Shown here: piece by piece, positions 1 through 8,493 of the stretch
Position numbering within the stretch: position 1 is the first letter of the stretch
Layout of the letters: every line of letters starts with the position of its first letter
From: a virus
Lineage: Duplodnaviria; Caudoviricetes
IMG/VR virus record: IMGVR_UViG_3300015375_000872
Coordinates: 481 to 64,480 of that record
Strand: one strand, 5' to 3'
Length of the DNA: 64,000 nucleotides
Made by a program: the position numbers and the translations under genes
Notes under the pieces: generated by a model
The model's database searches: none
Seen by the model: only the letters and a program-made list of their open reading frames with translations
What the model was told of the DNA's origin: nothing

Positions 1-585
1 GAATTACTTGATTTAAAAGAATTAAGTCAAAAAGTTGAAATATCTGATGATATTCTGAACGCAATTGTTGATGTTACTTACTATTTACGGAATGAGTACA
101 ATATAATCATCTCTGACCGTCGCCATGAACAGATAATTGATATCCTCAAAGCTTACACTGTGGTGCTAGGAAAGACAGAATGTGATGATGAATGTTTAGA
201 TATTCTCAAGCATATTTGTTGGGATGAACCATCTCAAATTGAAAAAATTATTCAAGCTTTAGTTAAGTTTGGAAACCCTTTGACAGTCAAAGCAAAACAA
301 GCTTATGAACTTTGTCTAAAGCTTTACGAAAAAGCTGAAAACGCCAACAAAAACAATGTTGATTTTTATCGGTCTAATGCTTTGGAAATTAAGAAAAAAA
401 TCAATGAAAAAATTGATATTCTTGAAGATGAAATCAATAAATGTAAACCAAAATCCAAAGCTAGAATCGCAAAAGAAAATTTATCGAAAATGAAAGGGTT
501 GACCGTTTCAATCGATGAATTGATGTACAACTCTTATCAAGTTCATAATACTGTAAATGTTGATTTTTCAGTGATGCCTTACTAA
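1..585 (+). CDS. C-terminal part of a MoxR/RavA-like AAA+ ATPase (5'-truncated by the window edge)
   Basis: Frame +1 is open from base 1 (ELLDLKEL...IISDRRHEQIIDILKA). The SDRR lid motif and the position directly upstream of a VWA protein match RavA-ViaA pairs. Confidence 0.7.
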   Translation, partial: ELLDLKELSQKVEISDDILNAIVDVTYYLRNEYNIIISDRRHEQIIDILKAYTVVLGKTECDDECLDILKHICWDEPSQIEKIIQALVKFGNPLTVKAKQAYELCLKLYEKAENANKNNVDFYRSNALEIKKKINEKIDILEDEINKCKPKSKARIAKENLSKMKGLTVSIDELMYNSYQVHNTVNVDFSVMPY

Positions 586-592
586 AATAAAT

Positions 593-620
593 AAACCCTT
601 GTAAATGTTTACAAGGGTTT
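593..620. repeat. Perfect 13-bp inverted repeat (AAACCCTTGTAAA-tg-TTTACAAGGGTTT); hairpin, terminator or operator
   Basis: Seen directly between the AAA and VWA genes. Confidence 0.6.
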
Positions 621-659
621 GACTGTTAACAACAACAATTTAACAAAGGAAACAAAACC

Positions 660-2309
660 ATGAATTACTTTAATTATAACACCAATCAAGATATTGAAAA
701 GCTATGTTATAAAATACCATATTGGGACTATCAACAATGGTTAGACTATACAGAACAATGTTCCGAGTATTGGAAAATTGAGCTTCATGGAAGTGAAAGA
801 ACAGAATTGTTTCCAATATTTATGGCTGAAATATTTGAAAGACTTTTAAGGTCAGATCAGGTTAAAAAAACTTTTGACACCAAAGAAATATATTCAGAAA
901 GGTTAGAAAAATACAACCAAGCATTAGAGACTTGGGAAACCGATAAAAATAATTCAGGTATTAGTGAAGATGAATATATTAGAATCTTTGGTGATAAACC
1001 AATTAAACCTGAATTTAAAAAACCAAAAAATGAGATTGGTTGGGCAGTCAAGTTGCATAATGAAATTGACTCATCCGAAGAATGGAATGGATTGATGTCT
1101 ATGATTTCAGGTGAACAATATCACCTCAAAAAATGGATTCTAGCAGGTGTTGGTGCAATGAAGTTCTCAGAAGTCTGTGCTAACAAATTACCTAAATCAG
1201 AACGTAAATTAACCGACCCTGAGAAACTTCGAGAGATAGTCAGAGAGTTGAAAAAAGAGTTAGAAGAAGCTAAAGATAATGGTGATGAAATAGCATCTGA
1301 TAGAATTAAAGATAAGATTGATAATTTTGTCAGCCAAGGAAAGAATGAAATTTTAGAGTATGAAAAATATTCTGAAAAAATGACTTCTAAAAATTTAGAA
1401 GAAACTGTTAAGATTGCGTCAACTTTGGCACAAGAGGAAGTTGAGGCAATGAAACAGGTTTTAGACTTACAGGAAGGTGGTGGATGGGGTTCAGGTGATG
1501 GTAATAATTCTGAATCAGGTGGTATCAATGAAAAAATTAAATCAGCTAAAAAACTTTTGAATTCTAAGAATTTCAAGAAAATCATTGAACAAGCGGGTAG
1601 GTTGAAACTTCTGGCTGAAGCTAAACGGAAATCAAAAACACCCAATCAAGCAATGATTACGGGTGTTAAAACTGGCAATGATTTGTTTAACCTTCTACCA
1701 GTCGAGTATGGTAAATTTGCTCATCACCAAACCCGGAGATTGTTTATTAAAGACTACTCAGAAAAAGCGTTGTTGGAGTTCCATAAAGAAGCTAATGAGA
1801 AGTCTAAGAAGGGCCCAGTGGTGATGTTGATTGACAATTCTGGGAGTATGGGAGGGAACAAGGAATCATGGTCTAAGGCGGTTTCTATTGCCTATCTGAT
1901 GCTTTGTTCTAAGGATAAGCGTGATTTCTACGCGATTCATTTTGATGAAAGGTCAAGAGCAAGATATGAGTTCCCTAAAGGAAAATTCAGTAGCCAGAGC
2001 TTAGAGAATTTTATAAACTTTTTTAGTGGTGGTGGTACGAATTGGGAATATCCTCTCAATGATGCTGTTAGTATTATCGAAAATTCAAAACAATATAAAA
2101 ACGCTGATATTGTTTTGATTACTGATGATTTGTGCGGAGTTTCTGATAAATGGTTAAATGATTTTAATCAGAAAAAATCAGATTTAAAATTTACAGCTTA
2201 TGCTGTTTTGATTGGGTCAAGTAATAAGGGGGTGTTGGACAAATTTATGGATAAGGTTGTGGCTATTCCCAACTTATCCGATGATAGTGAAGTTGTAGGA
2301 GTATTTTAG
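660..2309 (+). CDS. ViaA-like von Willebrand factor A domain protein
   Basis: MIDAS motif DNSGSM, FFSGGGT and VLITD; long coiled-coil N-terminal half. Confidence 0.85.
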   Translation: MNYFNYNTNQDIEKLCYKIPYWDYQQWLDYTEQCSEYWKIELHGSERTELFPIFMAEIFERLLRSDQVKKTFDTKEIYSERLEKYNQALETWETDKNNSGISEDEYIRIFGDKPIKPEFKKPKNEIGWAVKLHNEIDSSEEWNGLMSMISGEQYHLKKWILAGVGAMKFSEVCANKLPKSERKLTDPEKLREIVRELKKELEEAKDNGDEIASDRIKDKIDNFVSQGKNEILEYEKYSEKMTSKNLEETVKIASTLAQEEVEAMKQVLDLQEGGGWGSGDGNNSESGGINEKIKSAKKLLNSKNFKKIIEQAGRLKLLAEAKRKSKTPNQAMITGVKTGNDLFNLLPVEYGKFAHHQTRRLFIKDYSEKALLEFHKEANEKSKKGPVVMLIDNSGSMGGNKESWSKAVSIAYLMLCSKDKRDFYAIHFDERSRARYEFPKGKFSSQSLENFINFFSGGGTNWEYPLNDAVSIIENSKQYKNADIVLITDDLCGVSDKWLNDFNQKKSDLKFTAYAVLIGSSNKGVLDKFMDKVVAIPNLSDDSEVVGVF

Positions 2310-2372
2310 AGAATCCCTAGAACCCTCTCACTGTATATGTTTGAGGGTTTGAAAAAATCTTTTCAAAATAGC

Positions 2373-2401
2373 TTGACAATATTGTACTGTTAAGCTATAG
2401 T
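2373..2401 (+). promoter_or_regulatory. sigma70 early promoter
   Basis: TTGACA-17 bp-TATAGT with an A/T-rich UP element; near-identical to the copy at 5253. Confidence 0.8.
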
Positions 2402-2429
2402 AAAAATGTAATCAGTTGAGGAACATATT

Positions 2430-2732
2430 ATGGATAGTTACACTGCAATCGATTTGATGAGAGCAAAATATCGTCAATATTGGCATACACCAGTTTTTAG
2501 TGTTTCAGGTGAAGCCATCACATTGATGGCAACAGCCTATCAATATAATCCTGAACACAACCCCGAAGGGTTTCCTGTTACGGCATTCGGTGATGGTTGT
2601 TTTCCTAATAACCTAATTTCATTGATTCAGTCGGAGCATGACTACTTTCGAGCCAAGTATGGTCAAATTTATGACTGGGAAAAGTGGGTGTCTGATTTAT
2701 CGACAAGAATTTGTGAATTAGGATTAGTTTAG
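2430..2732 (+). CDS. Hypothetical early protein
   Basis: ORF with GAGG RBS directly behind a strong promoter. Confidence 0.7.
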   Translation: MDSYTAIDLMRAKYRQYWHTPVFSVSGEAITLMATAYQYNPEHNPEGFPVTAFGDGCFPNNLISLIQSEHDYFRAKYGQIYDWEKWVSDLSTRICELGLV

Positions 2733-2740
2733 GAGAAAAA

Positions 2741-3262
2741 ATGAAACTTTTAATTTTAGACCTTGACGGTACGGTTCGGATTAAGAAAGGTGGTGTGATT
2801 GGTGAATTTGAATCAGGGTTCATTGATTCACCTGAAGACCAGGAAATTATACCTGGTGCTATGTCGGCCATCAAAAAGTATCATTCAGAAGGGTGGATGA
2901 TTGTAGGTTGTAGTAATCAAGGGGGAGTTGCTGCGGGTCATAAAACTCTTGATTCATGTTTTGAAGAGCATAAGTATACAATCAAGTTAGTTCCAATGAT
3001 TGATAAGATTTACTTTTGTCCTGATTATGAAGGCAATAAATTAGGAGTTGTCAATCAAGTAAAACAGCGTATATACACCCCTAAAATTAACGAGGGTTCA
3101 TATCGTAAACCTAACCCTGGAATGATATGGTTTGCAATGGACTATTACTCGATTATACCGTCAATAAATGAAGTTTTAATGATTGGTGACAGAGACACTG
3201 ATGAGCAGTGTGCTATCGCTGCGGGTGTACCCTTTCAATGGGCTAAAGATTGGTGGTGTTAG
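2741..3262 (+). CDS. HAD-superfamily IIIA phosphatase (GmhB/HisB-like)
   Basis: DLDGT motif I, SNQGG, YFCP, RKPNPGM, MIGDRDTD. Confidence 0.85.
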   Translation: MKLLILDLDGTVRIKKGGVIGEFESGFIDSPEDQEIIPGAMSAIKKYHSEGWMIVGCSNQGGVAAGHKTLDSCFEEHKYTIKLVPMIDKIYFCPDYEGNKLGVVNQVKQRIYTPKINEGSYRKPNPGMIWFAMDYYSIIPSINEVLMIGDRDTDEQCAIAAGVPFQWAKDWWC

Positions 3263-3289
3263 ATTCTGAAAAGAATTTTGGTAAAAGGG

Positions 3290-3318
3290 TTGACAATCTC
3301 AAAAAAATCTGATTTAAT
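3290..3318 (+). promoter_or_regulatory. sigma70 early promoter
   Basis: TTGACA-17 bp-TTTAAT. Confidence 0.7.
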
Positions 3319-3329
3319 TAAATTATAGA

Positions 3330-3422
3330 GACAAGGAAATGCCTGCAAGGTTGCCCAGTCGAGGCTGAGAGTATCGATTCCTCTCTATATTTAATCCCTA
3401 TCAGGGATTGGGAGTAATCCCA
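3330..3422 (+). ncRNA. Candidate structured leader or small RNA containing a solitary CRISPR-repeat-like hairpin
   Basis: GC-richer non-coding tract with stacked hairpins (GAGAG/CTCTC, AATCCC/GGGATT, GGGA/TCCC) right after the promoter. Confidence 0.35.
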
Positions 3423-3448
3423 AATCAAACATAATCACCTTTTGGAGA

Positions 3449-3910
3449 TTGAAAGAAATGTCTAATATTGAATTTGTGCAAGGTCAAGAATCCCACTCTT
3501 CTAGTTGGGGAAAATACTACGTTAAAGGTTTGGAAGAGTGGATGGTAAAAGAAGATTTTGAAGAAAATTGTAGCGATAAACATAGTTCGTATCAAGGATA
3601 TGTTTGTCTTGATATTCCAGAAGGTACTGTATTTACAATATTTGAACAATCAGGCGACAAACACGGTACTGATACTTTTAATTTCACTATTTGTCAAGCA
3701 ATAGATGAAATTGTGGGCGAAGACAAAGCCCAATATGGAAGCGGTTTTGTTACTGGTAATTATAAAATCATCGCTCAAGGTTTGGGGAAAACAAAAGCAC
3801 CTCGATTGATGGGATGGTGGACAGAATCAAATGATAAATCTTTAGCGTTCGCTTTACATTGCGCTAAATTTATTGATAAAAGGGGATTAAAAGTTTTACC
3901 TCAGATGTAA
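3449..3910 (+). CDS. Hypothetical early protein
   Basis: 153-aa ORF in the early operon; probable start at ATG 3458. Confidence 0.75.
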   Translation: MKEMSNIEFVQGQESHSSSWGKYYVKGLEEWMVKEDFEENCSDKHSSYQGYVCLDIPEGTVFTIFEQSGDKHGTDTFNFTICQAIDEIVGEDKAQYGSGFVTGNYKIIAQGLGKTKAPRLMGWWTESNDKSLAFALHCAKFIDKRGLKVLPQM

Positions 3911-3979
3911 TTTTTAATTCTACCCTTTGGTGATAGGAGGTTAAATCACCGGTAAACAATCAACGAAGGAATTAAAACA

Positions 3980-4267
3980 ATGGAACGCAAAACAATTTGG
4001 GATGACTTAGCTGTAATCATGCCCGGAAAAACATTGGTTTTGGAAATAGATGAAACTGAAATTTTTCATCAACAAGAAATCTTTACGACTATTAAATCTG
4101 TCAATAGTTTAGGTGAAGATAAATCTCATGTTTTTGTAAGTGTTGAACCTTGTAGTATTTATGCAAAATTTAAAGAAAACGATGTTTTTTGTGTTTTGCA
4201 TTTTGATTGTTCTGTCCGTAAAGTTAAATTCGGTTCTTTTGAATTTGATAATATTATAGTTTTTTGA
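3980..4267 (+). CDS. Hypothetical protein
   Basis: ORF with AAGGA RBS. Confidence 0.7.
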   Translation: MERKTIWDDLAVIMPGKTLVLEIDETEIFHQQEIFTTIKSVNSLGEDKSHVFVSVEPCSIYAKFKENDVFCVLHFDCSVRKVKFGSFEFDNIIVF

Positions 4268-4270
4268 TTT

Positions 4271-4528
4271 ATGAACTACTGGGTTGCTACTACTTACAGC
4301 AAGGGTCATAAATACTCTTGCTGTTTCTCTGAATTTGGTGACGCTGAGAAATGGCTGGACTCTGTTGCGTCAACTGAAAATTATCATAGACCAAGAGGTT
4401 TTTTATCAGACTTCCATGATGAATTGAGAGAAAATTTTCAATTAAAATGTTTCAATTCCATAAATGAAGCTGAAGCGTTTAGAGATGAATTTTTGAGATT
4501 AAAAAAAAATGAAAATTACGCAATGTAA
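4271..4528 (+). CDS. Hypothetical protein
   Basis: Tightly packed in operon. Confidence 0.65.
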   Translation: MNYWVATTYSKGHKYSCCFSEFGDAEKWLDSVASTENYHRPRGFLSDFHDELRENFQLKCFNSINEAEAFRDEFLRLKKNENYAM

Positions 4529-4835
4529 AACTTGTCCCTGGAGGAAAGATTCAAGATGTTCAGATATTCCAAGCTATGATATCGAACTTCATAAATCATT
4601 GAGAGAAACAATTGCAGTGAACGATGGTAATTTATCCAAAATTAATCAGCAAATGAAAATTATGGCTTGTCATTATTCTGATGATAAAAATATTCATTGT
4701 GCTGGATGGCTTCATAATCAGTTAGGTGTTGGCAACAATATCCAATTAAGGGTATCAATGATGAGAAATAAAAACATCTCTGAAATTGTTATTGATGGTG
4801 AACAGGTTGATAATTTTGAGGACACATTCAAATGA
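4509..4835 (+). CDS. Cys-rich hypothetical protein (DUF6283-like)
   Basis: QCKTCPWRKD, MACH and HCAGWL metal-binding pattern. Confidence 0.55.
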   Translation: MKITQCKTCPWRKDSRCSDIPSYDIELHKSLRETIAVNDGNLSKINQQMKIMACHYSDDKNIHCAGWLHNQLGVGNNIQLRVSMMRNKNISEIVIDGEQVDNFEDTFK

Positions 4836-5251
4836 ATTTTCTGATTGAAAAATTACCAGGTAGAGAATATTTTAAACCGATTGAAAACAAGTCAGCATCC
4901 AAGTGGTACAAGTTTGAAGACGTTGAGTGTGACAGGGTTAGAATTTTTTCTCATGTTCCTGACCCTTGGGTGCAGAACAAAAGATTGTTGCTTATGCCCG
5001 AAATAGCTAAGGGTAAATCGGATAATACTACTTATCCTTTGCGTTTGAACCTTAAGCTTTTCTACTGTCAGAATGATGATGGAATGACTCGGTTAAACCT
5101 TTATAGGGAGTATTACAAGGGTTATTTTCCTCACATGGCTGAACCATCGGTTATGTTTGATGCTTTCCCTCTTAAGTTGGGTGCTGGAGAGTTACCTTTG
5201 TGGCTAATTTACAGTATTCCACTAGGTGAGAAAACTTTTTTTGTAAAATAG
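4832..5251 (+). CDS. Hypothetical protein
   Basis: ATGA overlap with the upstream gene. Confidence 0.7.
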   Translation: MNFLIEKLPGREYFKPIENKSASKWYKFEDVECDRVRIFSHVPDPWVQNKRLLLMPEIAKGKSDNTTYPLRLNLKLFYCQNDDGMTRLNLYREYYKGYFPHMAEPSVMFDAFPLKLGAGELPLWLIYSIPLGEKTFFVK

Positions 5252-5252
5252 C

Positions 5253-5282
5253 TTGACATAGTGTGTACTGTTAAGCTATAGT
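5253..5282 (+). promoter_or_regulatory. sigma70 early promoter
   Basis: TTGACA-18 bp-TATAGT; shares GTACTGTTAAGCTATAG with the promoter at 2373. Confidence 0.8.
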
Positions 5283-5310
5283 AAAATAAGAGTTAAGGAA
5301 AAGTAATAAA

Positions 5311-5571
5311 ATGATATTTCAAGCCATTGACAATAACAATTGTGTAATTGAAATTATTCAAGAAGGTCAAAAACCTTGTACTTTAGAAGGCGCTGCACAA
5401 GCATGGGTCAATAAATTTCCAGCAGATTATTCTAGTTATTCCTATGAGGAAATGTATTCAGAATTTATCAGACAAGAAACTGAAAAAATTGTTTCTCAGT
5501 ATGAAGTGGATTGGGAAACGGCTAAATCAGAAGCTATTGCAAGATTTGACTTATCTTTAATAGAAAGTTAG
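5311..5571 (+). CDS. Hypothetical early protein
   Basis: ORF behind promoter, AAGGA RBS. Confidence 0.7.
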   Translation: MIFQAIDNNNCVIEIIQEGQKPCTLEGAAQAWVNKFPADYSSYSYEEMYSEFIRQETEKIVSQYEVDWETAKSEAIARFDLSLIES

Positions 5572-5591
5572 TTCAAATTTGGTTCGATGTC

Positions 5592-5626
5592 AATAAAAAA
5601 CCCTCTGTTTCAGAGGGTTTTTTATT
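5592..5626. terminator. Bidirectional intrinsic terminator
   Basis: AATAAAAAACCCTCTG-ttt-CAGAGGGTTTTTTATT. Confidence 0.8.
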
Positions 5627-5715
5627 ACTTAATTATATTTTGATAAGATTTATGCTATTCTACTAGGAGAGGTGGTCAAGACCTCTCCTATGTTAACCCC
5701 CATTCACTTAGACTC

Positions 5716-5922
5716 ATGGAGGCTATAGCAATGATACAGGCTTTACAGACCGAAACAACATATATTCACCCTAGAGATTTAATCAAGAGTAAGCTCTGGA
5801 CGTATGAAGAAGCTGCAACCGCTTTTAATGTTGAACTCTCAACTATATGGCGTTGGATGTCGGGAAGAGTGACACCCAGTAAGAAATATTTTAGACGTGC
5901 TATGGAATTAAAAATTTCATAA
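5716..5922 (+). CDS. Small Cro/XRE-type helix-turn-helix regulator
   Basis: TYEEAATAFNVELSTIWRWMSGRVTP. Confidence 0.75.
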   Translation: MEAIAMIQALQTETTYIHPRDLIKSKLWTYEEAATAFNVELSTIWRWMSGRVTPSKKYFRRAMELKIS

Positions 5923-5941
5923 AAATCAAATTAAATTTTTT

Positions 5942-5970
5942 AAACCCTCTATCTTAGAGGGTTTTTTATT
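5942..5970 (+). terminator. Intrinsic terminator
   Basis: AAACCCTCTA-tct-TAGAGGGTTT followed by a T-run. Confidence 0.75.
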
Positions 5971-6092
5971 GTCTAAAAGATGACTGCAAATGCAGTTAAA
6001 ATGCAGTTTTCAATACTATAAATAAAGCTTAAATTAAGAACAAGTTGAAAACAACTTAAGCACAAATTATTAATCGCTGGTAAAAAGATGAA

Positions 6093-6347
6093 ATGCAACA
6101 ATGTTTTGAAAACCACTCAGAGAGTTTTCAAATTCCTACAAAAAGAATGGCTGTTTATGAAAGATTTAATCTGTCAAGAAATGAAGGAAGGATACTCTGT
6201 GGTTTGCTTGGTTTCGGGACTACAACCCCTCTAACTCAACCACAAATTGAAAGTTTAAGCCGATTAACTAACCTTTACAGAAAATACCAAAGTAAAGGAA
6301 TAGGTTTAGGAACTTTCATCAAAAACTACACCAACAACAGCAATTAA
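6093..6347 (+). CDS. Hypothetical protein, possible HTH
   Basis: 84-aa ORF; YERFNLSRNEGRILCGLLG is helix-rich. Confidence 0.6.
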   Translation: MQQCFENHSESFQIPTKRMAVYERFNLSRNEGRILCGLLGFGTTTPLTQPQIESLSRLTNLYRKYQSKGIGLGTFIKNYTNNSN

Positions 6348-6361
6348 CAACGGTAAAAATC

Positions 6362-6601
6362 ATGAACAACAATTTTGATTCTAAACAAATTTCTGAACAG
6401 TTACGGTCAAAAGGATTTGATATCACTAAAGCCAATATTGATGATGCTCAAATGCTTCTAGTTCAGTTTGAATGTCCGACTGAAGCTGAAAACCCGATGA
6501 CCGTTGTACGTGCTGCTATCCTACGCAATCAGAATCCATCTTGGAGTGACGCTCAGGTAGTTGAGCGTGTTTTGACCTTACAGAACGAGATGAATCCTTG
6601 A
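6362..6601 (+). CDS. Hypothetical protein
   Basis: 79-aa ORF in operon. Confidence 0.65.
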   Translation: MNNNFDSKQISEQLRSKGFDITKANIDDAQMLLVQFECPTEAENPMTVVRAAILRNQNPSWSDAQVVERVLTLQNEMNP

Positions 6602-6630
6602 TGAACCCTTAGAACGGTCTAGCACCTACT

Positions 6631-6678
6631 GAGAGGCTTTACCGCTTCTCCCCCAAACCGTACCTCGACAACTGAATA
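6631..6678 (+). promoter_or_regulatory. Candidate boxB-boxA antitermination signal
   Basis: 7-bp hairpin GAGAGGC/GCTTCTC (6631-6650), then GTACCTCGACAACTGAATA (6660-6678), which resembles cyanobacterial rrn spacer boxA (GAACCTTGAAAACTG) as I recall it. Confidence 0.35.
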
Positions 6679-6750
6679 GCCTAGCCACAGACTCAAAATA
6701 AGAGGCGCACCTGTGGGAAGCAAAACAACCAATTATTAACAGGAATTCCA

Positions 6751-7155
6751 ATGATTATCGAACCTGAAGTTATCCCAGAAGGGAGGCGGGTTAAGTTGTT
6801 TAAGCTGGATGAGAAGAAGGCAACCTATACACCCGTTGGGGAACTCGCAAAACAGCTTAAACGTAAGCCGCAGACTCTAAGAGAATGGATTAAATTGTTG
6901 TTAATCCATTCTCCAGATATCTATCAGCATTATAAGCCTAAGAAAGCTTACAACCCCTACATAGTGGAATGGCTGACCAGAATCAATAACTATGATTTAT
7001 CCGAGCCGTCAAGCGCACCTAGACCGGAAATCATAGAGGAATATATCAGCTTAAACGCTCCGATTTTTACCTTTGAAAATTACCTACAGGAATTAACCAA
7101 TGAGTACCAGACAGAATCAAAAATCGACTCTGCAAAACTTGTCAAAGTCGCTTAA
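6751..7155 (+). CDS. HTH-containing DNA-binding protein
   Basis: TPVGELAKQLKRKPQTLREW. Confidence 0.65.
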   Translation: MIIEPEVIPEGRRVKLFKLDEKKATYTPVGELAKQLKRKPQTLREWIKLLLIHSPDIYQHYKPKKAYNPYIVEWLTRINNYDLSEPSSAPRPEIIEEYISLNAPIFTFENYLQELTNEYQTESKIDSAKLVKVA

Positions 7156-7855
7156 TGTTTCCGAGACTGAACTGATTATCGTTATTAAACAACTTGGTTT
7201 AAACCCGACTGAAATTGATGAAAGTTGGGAACCTGCTATCAAAGCTCATCTAAGCGGAACCAAGCCCCAAGCCCTAAAGGGAACACCCAAGGGGAATGAT
7301 GAACCGGAATCCTTCAGTATTAACGATTCCGATGATTTTATTGATTGGGAAGAAGTCGAGGGGGAACTGGGTGAGGGAGCGTTGGCACTGGTGAACGAAC
7401 TTGGTTTAAATCAAGATTGCATCACCCAAAGTGACTTGGCCGCCCTCCGAGAGTTGGCACTCAGTAACCCAGTTCACCAAAACCTCGCTGATCATATTGG
7501 GGCTGTGGGTTCAGTTCAAGAAGGGTTAACCAATGAACACATCCGAGTCCAGTTTGAAACAGGAACGGCTATTGGTGAAGCTGGCAACACCGCTTTAATA
7601 ATGGGAATGTTGCAATCACAACTCAATGGATTACAACAAGCTTACAGCCTACAAACTGCCATTAATTCGGACTTTCAAAAAATCCTTAATTCCCAGTTGG
7701 AACAATTAGGAAAACTTAACCAAGGCACACCCGATAAAACCGTTCAGGACTTGGGGAAGAAAGTAACACAATCCCAAAAAAACAGCCAACGGTCATCAAC
7801 AGTAAGAACTCAGAAAGTCGATGTGATGGCTATCAAGAAATCATTGCAGAAATAA
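7100..7855 (+). CDS. Hypothetical protein with N-terminal HTH-like segment and C-terminal coiled coil
   Basis: LQNLSKSLNVSETELIIVIKQLG; Q/L-rich heptads. Confidence 0.65.
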   Translation: MSTRQNQKSTLQNLSKSLNVSETELIIVIKQLGLNPTEIDESWEPAIKAHLSGTKPQALKGTPKGNDEPESFSINDSDDFIDWEEVEGELGEGALALVNELGLNQDCITQSDLAALRELALSNPVHQNLADHIGAVGSVQEGLTNEHIRVQFETGTAIGEAGNTALIMGMLQSQLNGLQQAYSLQTAINSDFQKILNSQLEQLGKLNQGTPDKTVQDLGKKVTQSQKNSQRSSTVRTQKVDVMAIKKSLQK

Positions 7856-7920
7856 AAGAGACGGTATCCCAAATTGAGAGCCGTCTCTCGACTTGCAAAA
7901 ATACATCTGAGAAATGCAAC

Positions 7921-8028
7921 ATGAGCAAGATTTTAACACGAATTAAGCGGTTAATTAAACACTTTGAAAGTATTGCACCTAATCAATACGATATTTACAG
8001 TATGGAGTGCCTGGGATTGTGTATTTAA
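7921..8028 (+). CDS. Possible 35-aa small protein (not in ORF track)
   Basis: My translation: MSKILTRIKRLIKHFESIAPNQYDIYSMECLGLCI*. It fills the gap before the next ATG at 8057. Confidence 0.3.
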   Translation: MSKILTRIKRLIKHFESIAPNQYDIYSMECLGLCI

Positions 8029-8056
8029 GGGGAGTTTAAACGGAAAACACCAAATC

Positions 8057-8461
8057 ATGAAATTAAATCTACCTCAAACCCTTAACGCAATTCTAACGGG
8101 TACTACCTTGGGTGCTATCGGTTCAGTGATGTTAAGTCTGACATTAGAACCGGAAATATCAGAGATGAGAATGGGTCAATATGGGGCGTTTATCGGGTTA
8201 ATAGCGAGTGCATCATCAGTGGCAATAGTTCAGGGTAGCAACGCTATTAATAATCGACAAAATGCCAATTTACACCCCAATAAACTGCCATCAGAAACCG
8301 ACTTTAACCCCATATTGGCTGATATCGTCAAAAAGTCGGCCGAAAACCATCTCAATGCCCTACAGCCAGGGAGTGATGAGTATTTTCAAGCCCTGGAATT
8401 GTACGGGAACCTACTTTCAGGGGAAAATAGCCCACCGCCCACCAATCTAAAAAAACAGTAA
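8057..8461 (+). CDS. Two-TM membrane protein (track start 7964 is TTG; ATG 8057 more likely)
   Basis: Hydrophobic glycine-rich helices AILTGTTLGAIGSVMLSL and YGAFIGLIASASSVAIV. Confidence 0.7.
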   Translation: MKLNLPQTLNAILTGTTLGAIGSVMLSLTLEPEISEMRMGQYGAFIGLIASASSVAIVQGSNAINNRQNANLHPNKLPSETDFNPILADIVKKSAENHLNALQPGSDEYFQALELYGNLLSGENSPPPTNLKKQ

Positions 8462-8493
8462 ACCTTACACCATATACAGAGAGGTAGTTACAG

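Noticed and set aside
857-1645. Minus-strand ORFs 857-1051 and 1121-1645
   Set aside because: Antisense shadows of the VWA gene with Ser/Phe/Leu-rich composition. The same applies to most short ORFs opposite long genes, such as those inside the TMP (58654-63873), terL and the tail genes.
3389-3410. CRISPR array
   Set aside because: A single partial repeat; no second copy at spacer distance and no cas genes.
7857-7888. Intrinsic terminator for the membrane operon
   Set aside because: The 8-bp stem has no T-run on the plus strand (the T-run is on the minus strand), so it is not a sense-strand terminator; function unclear.
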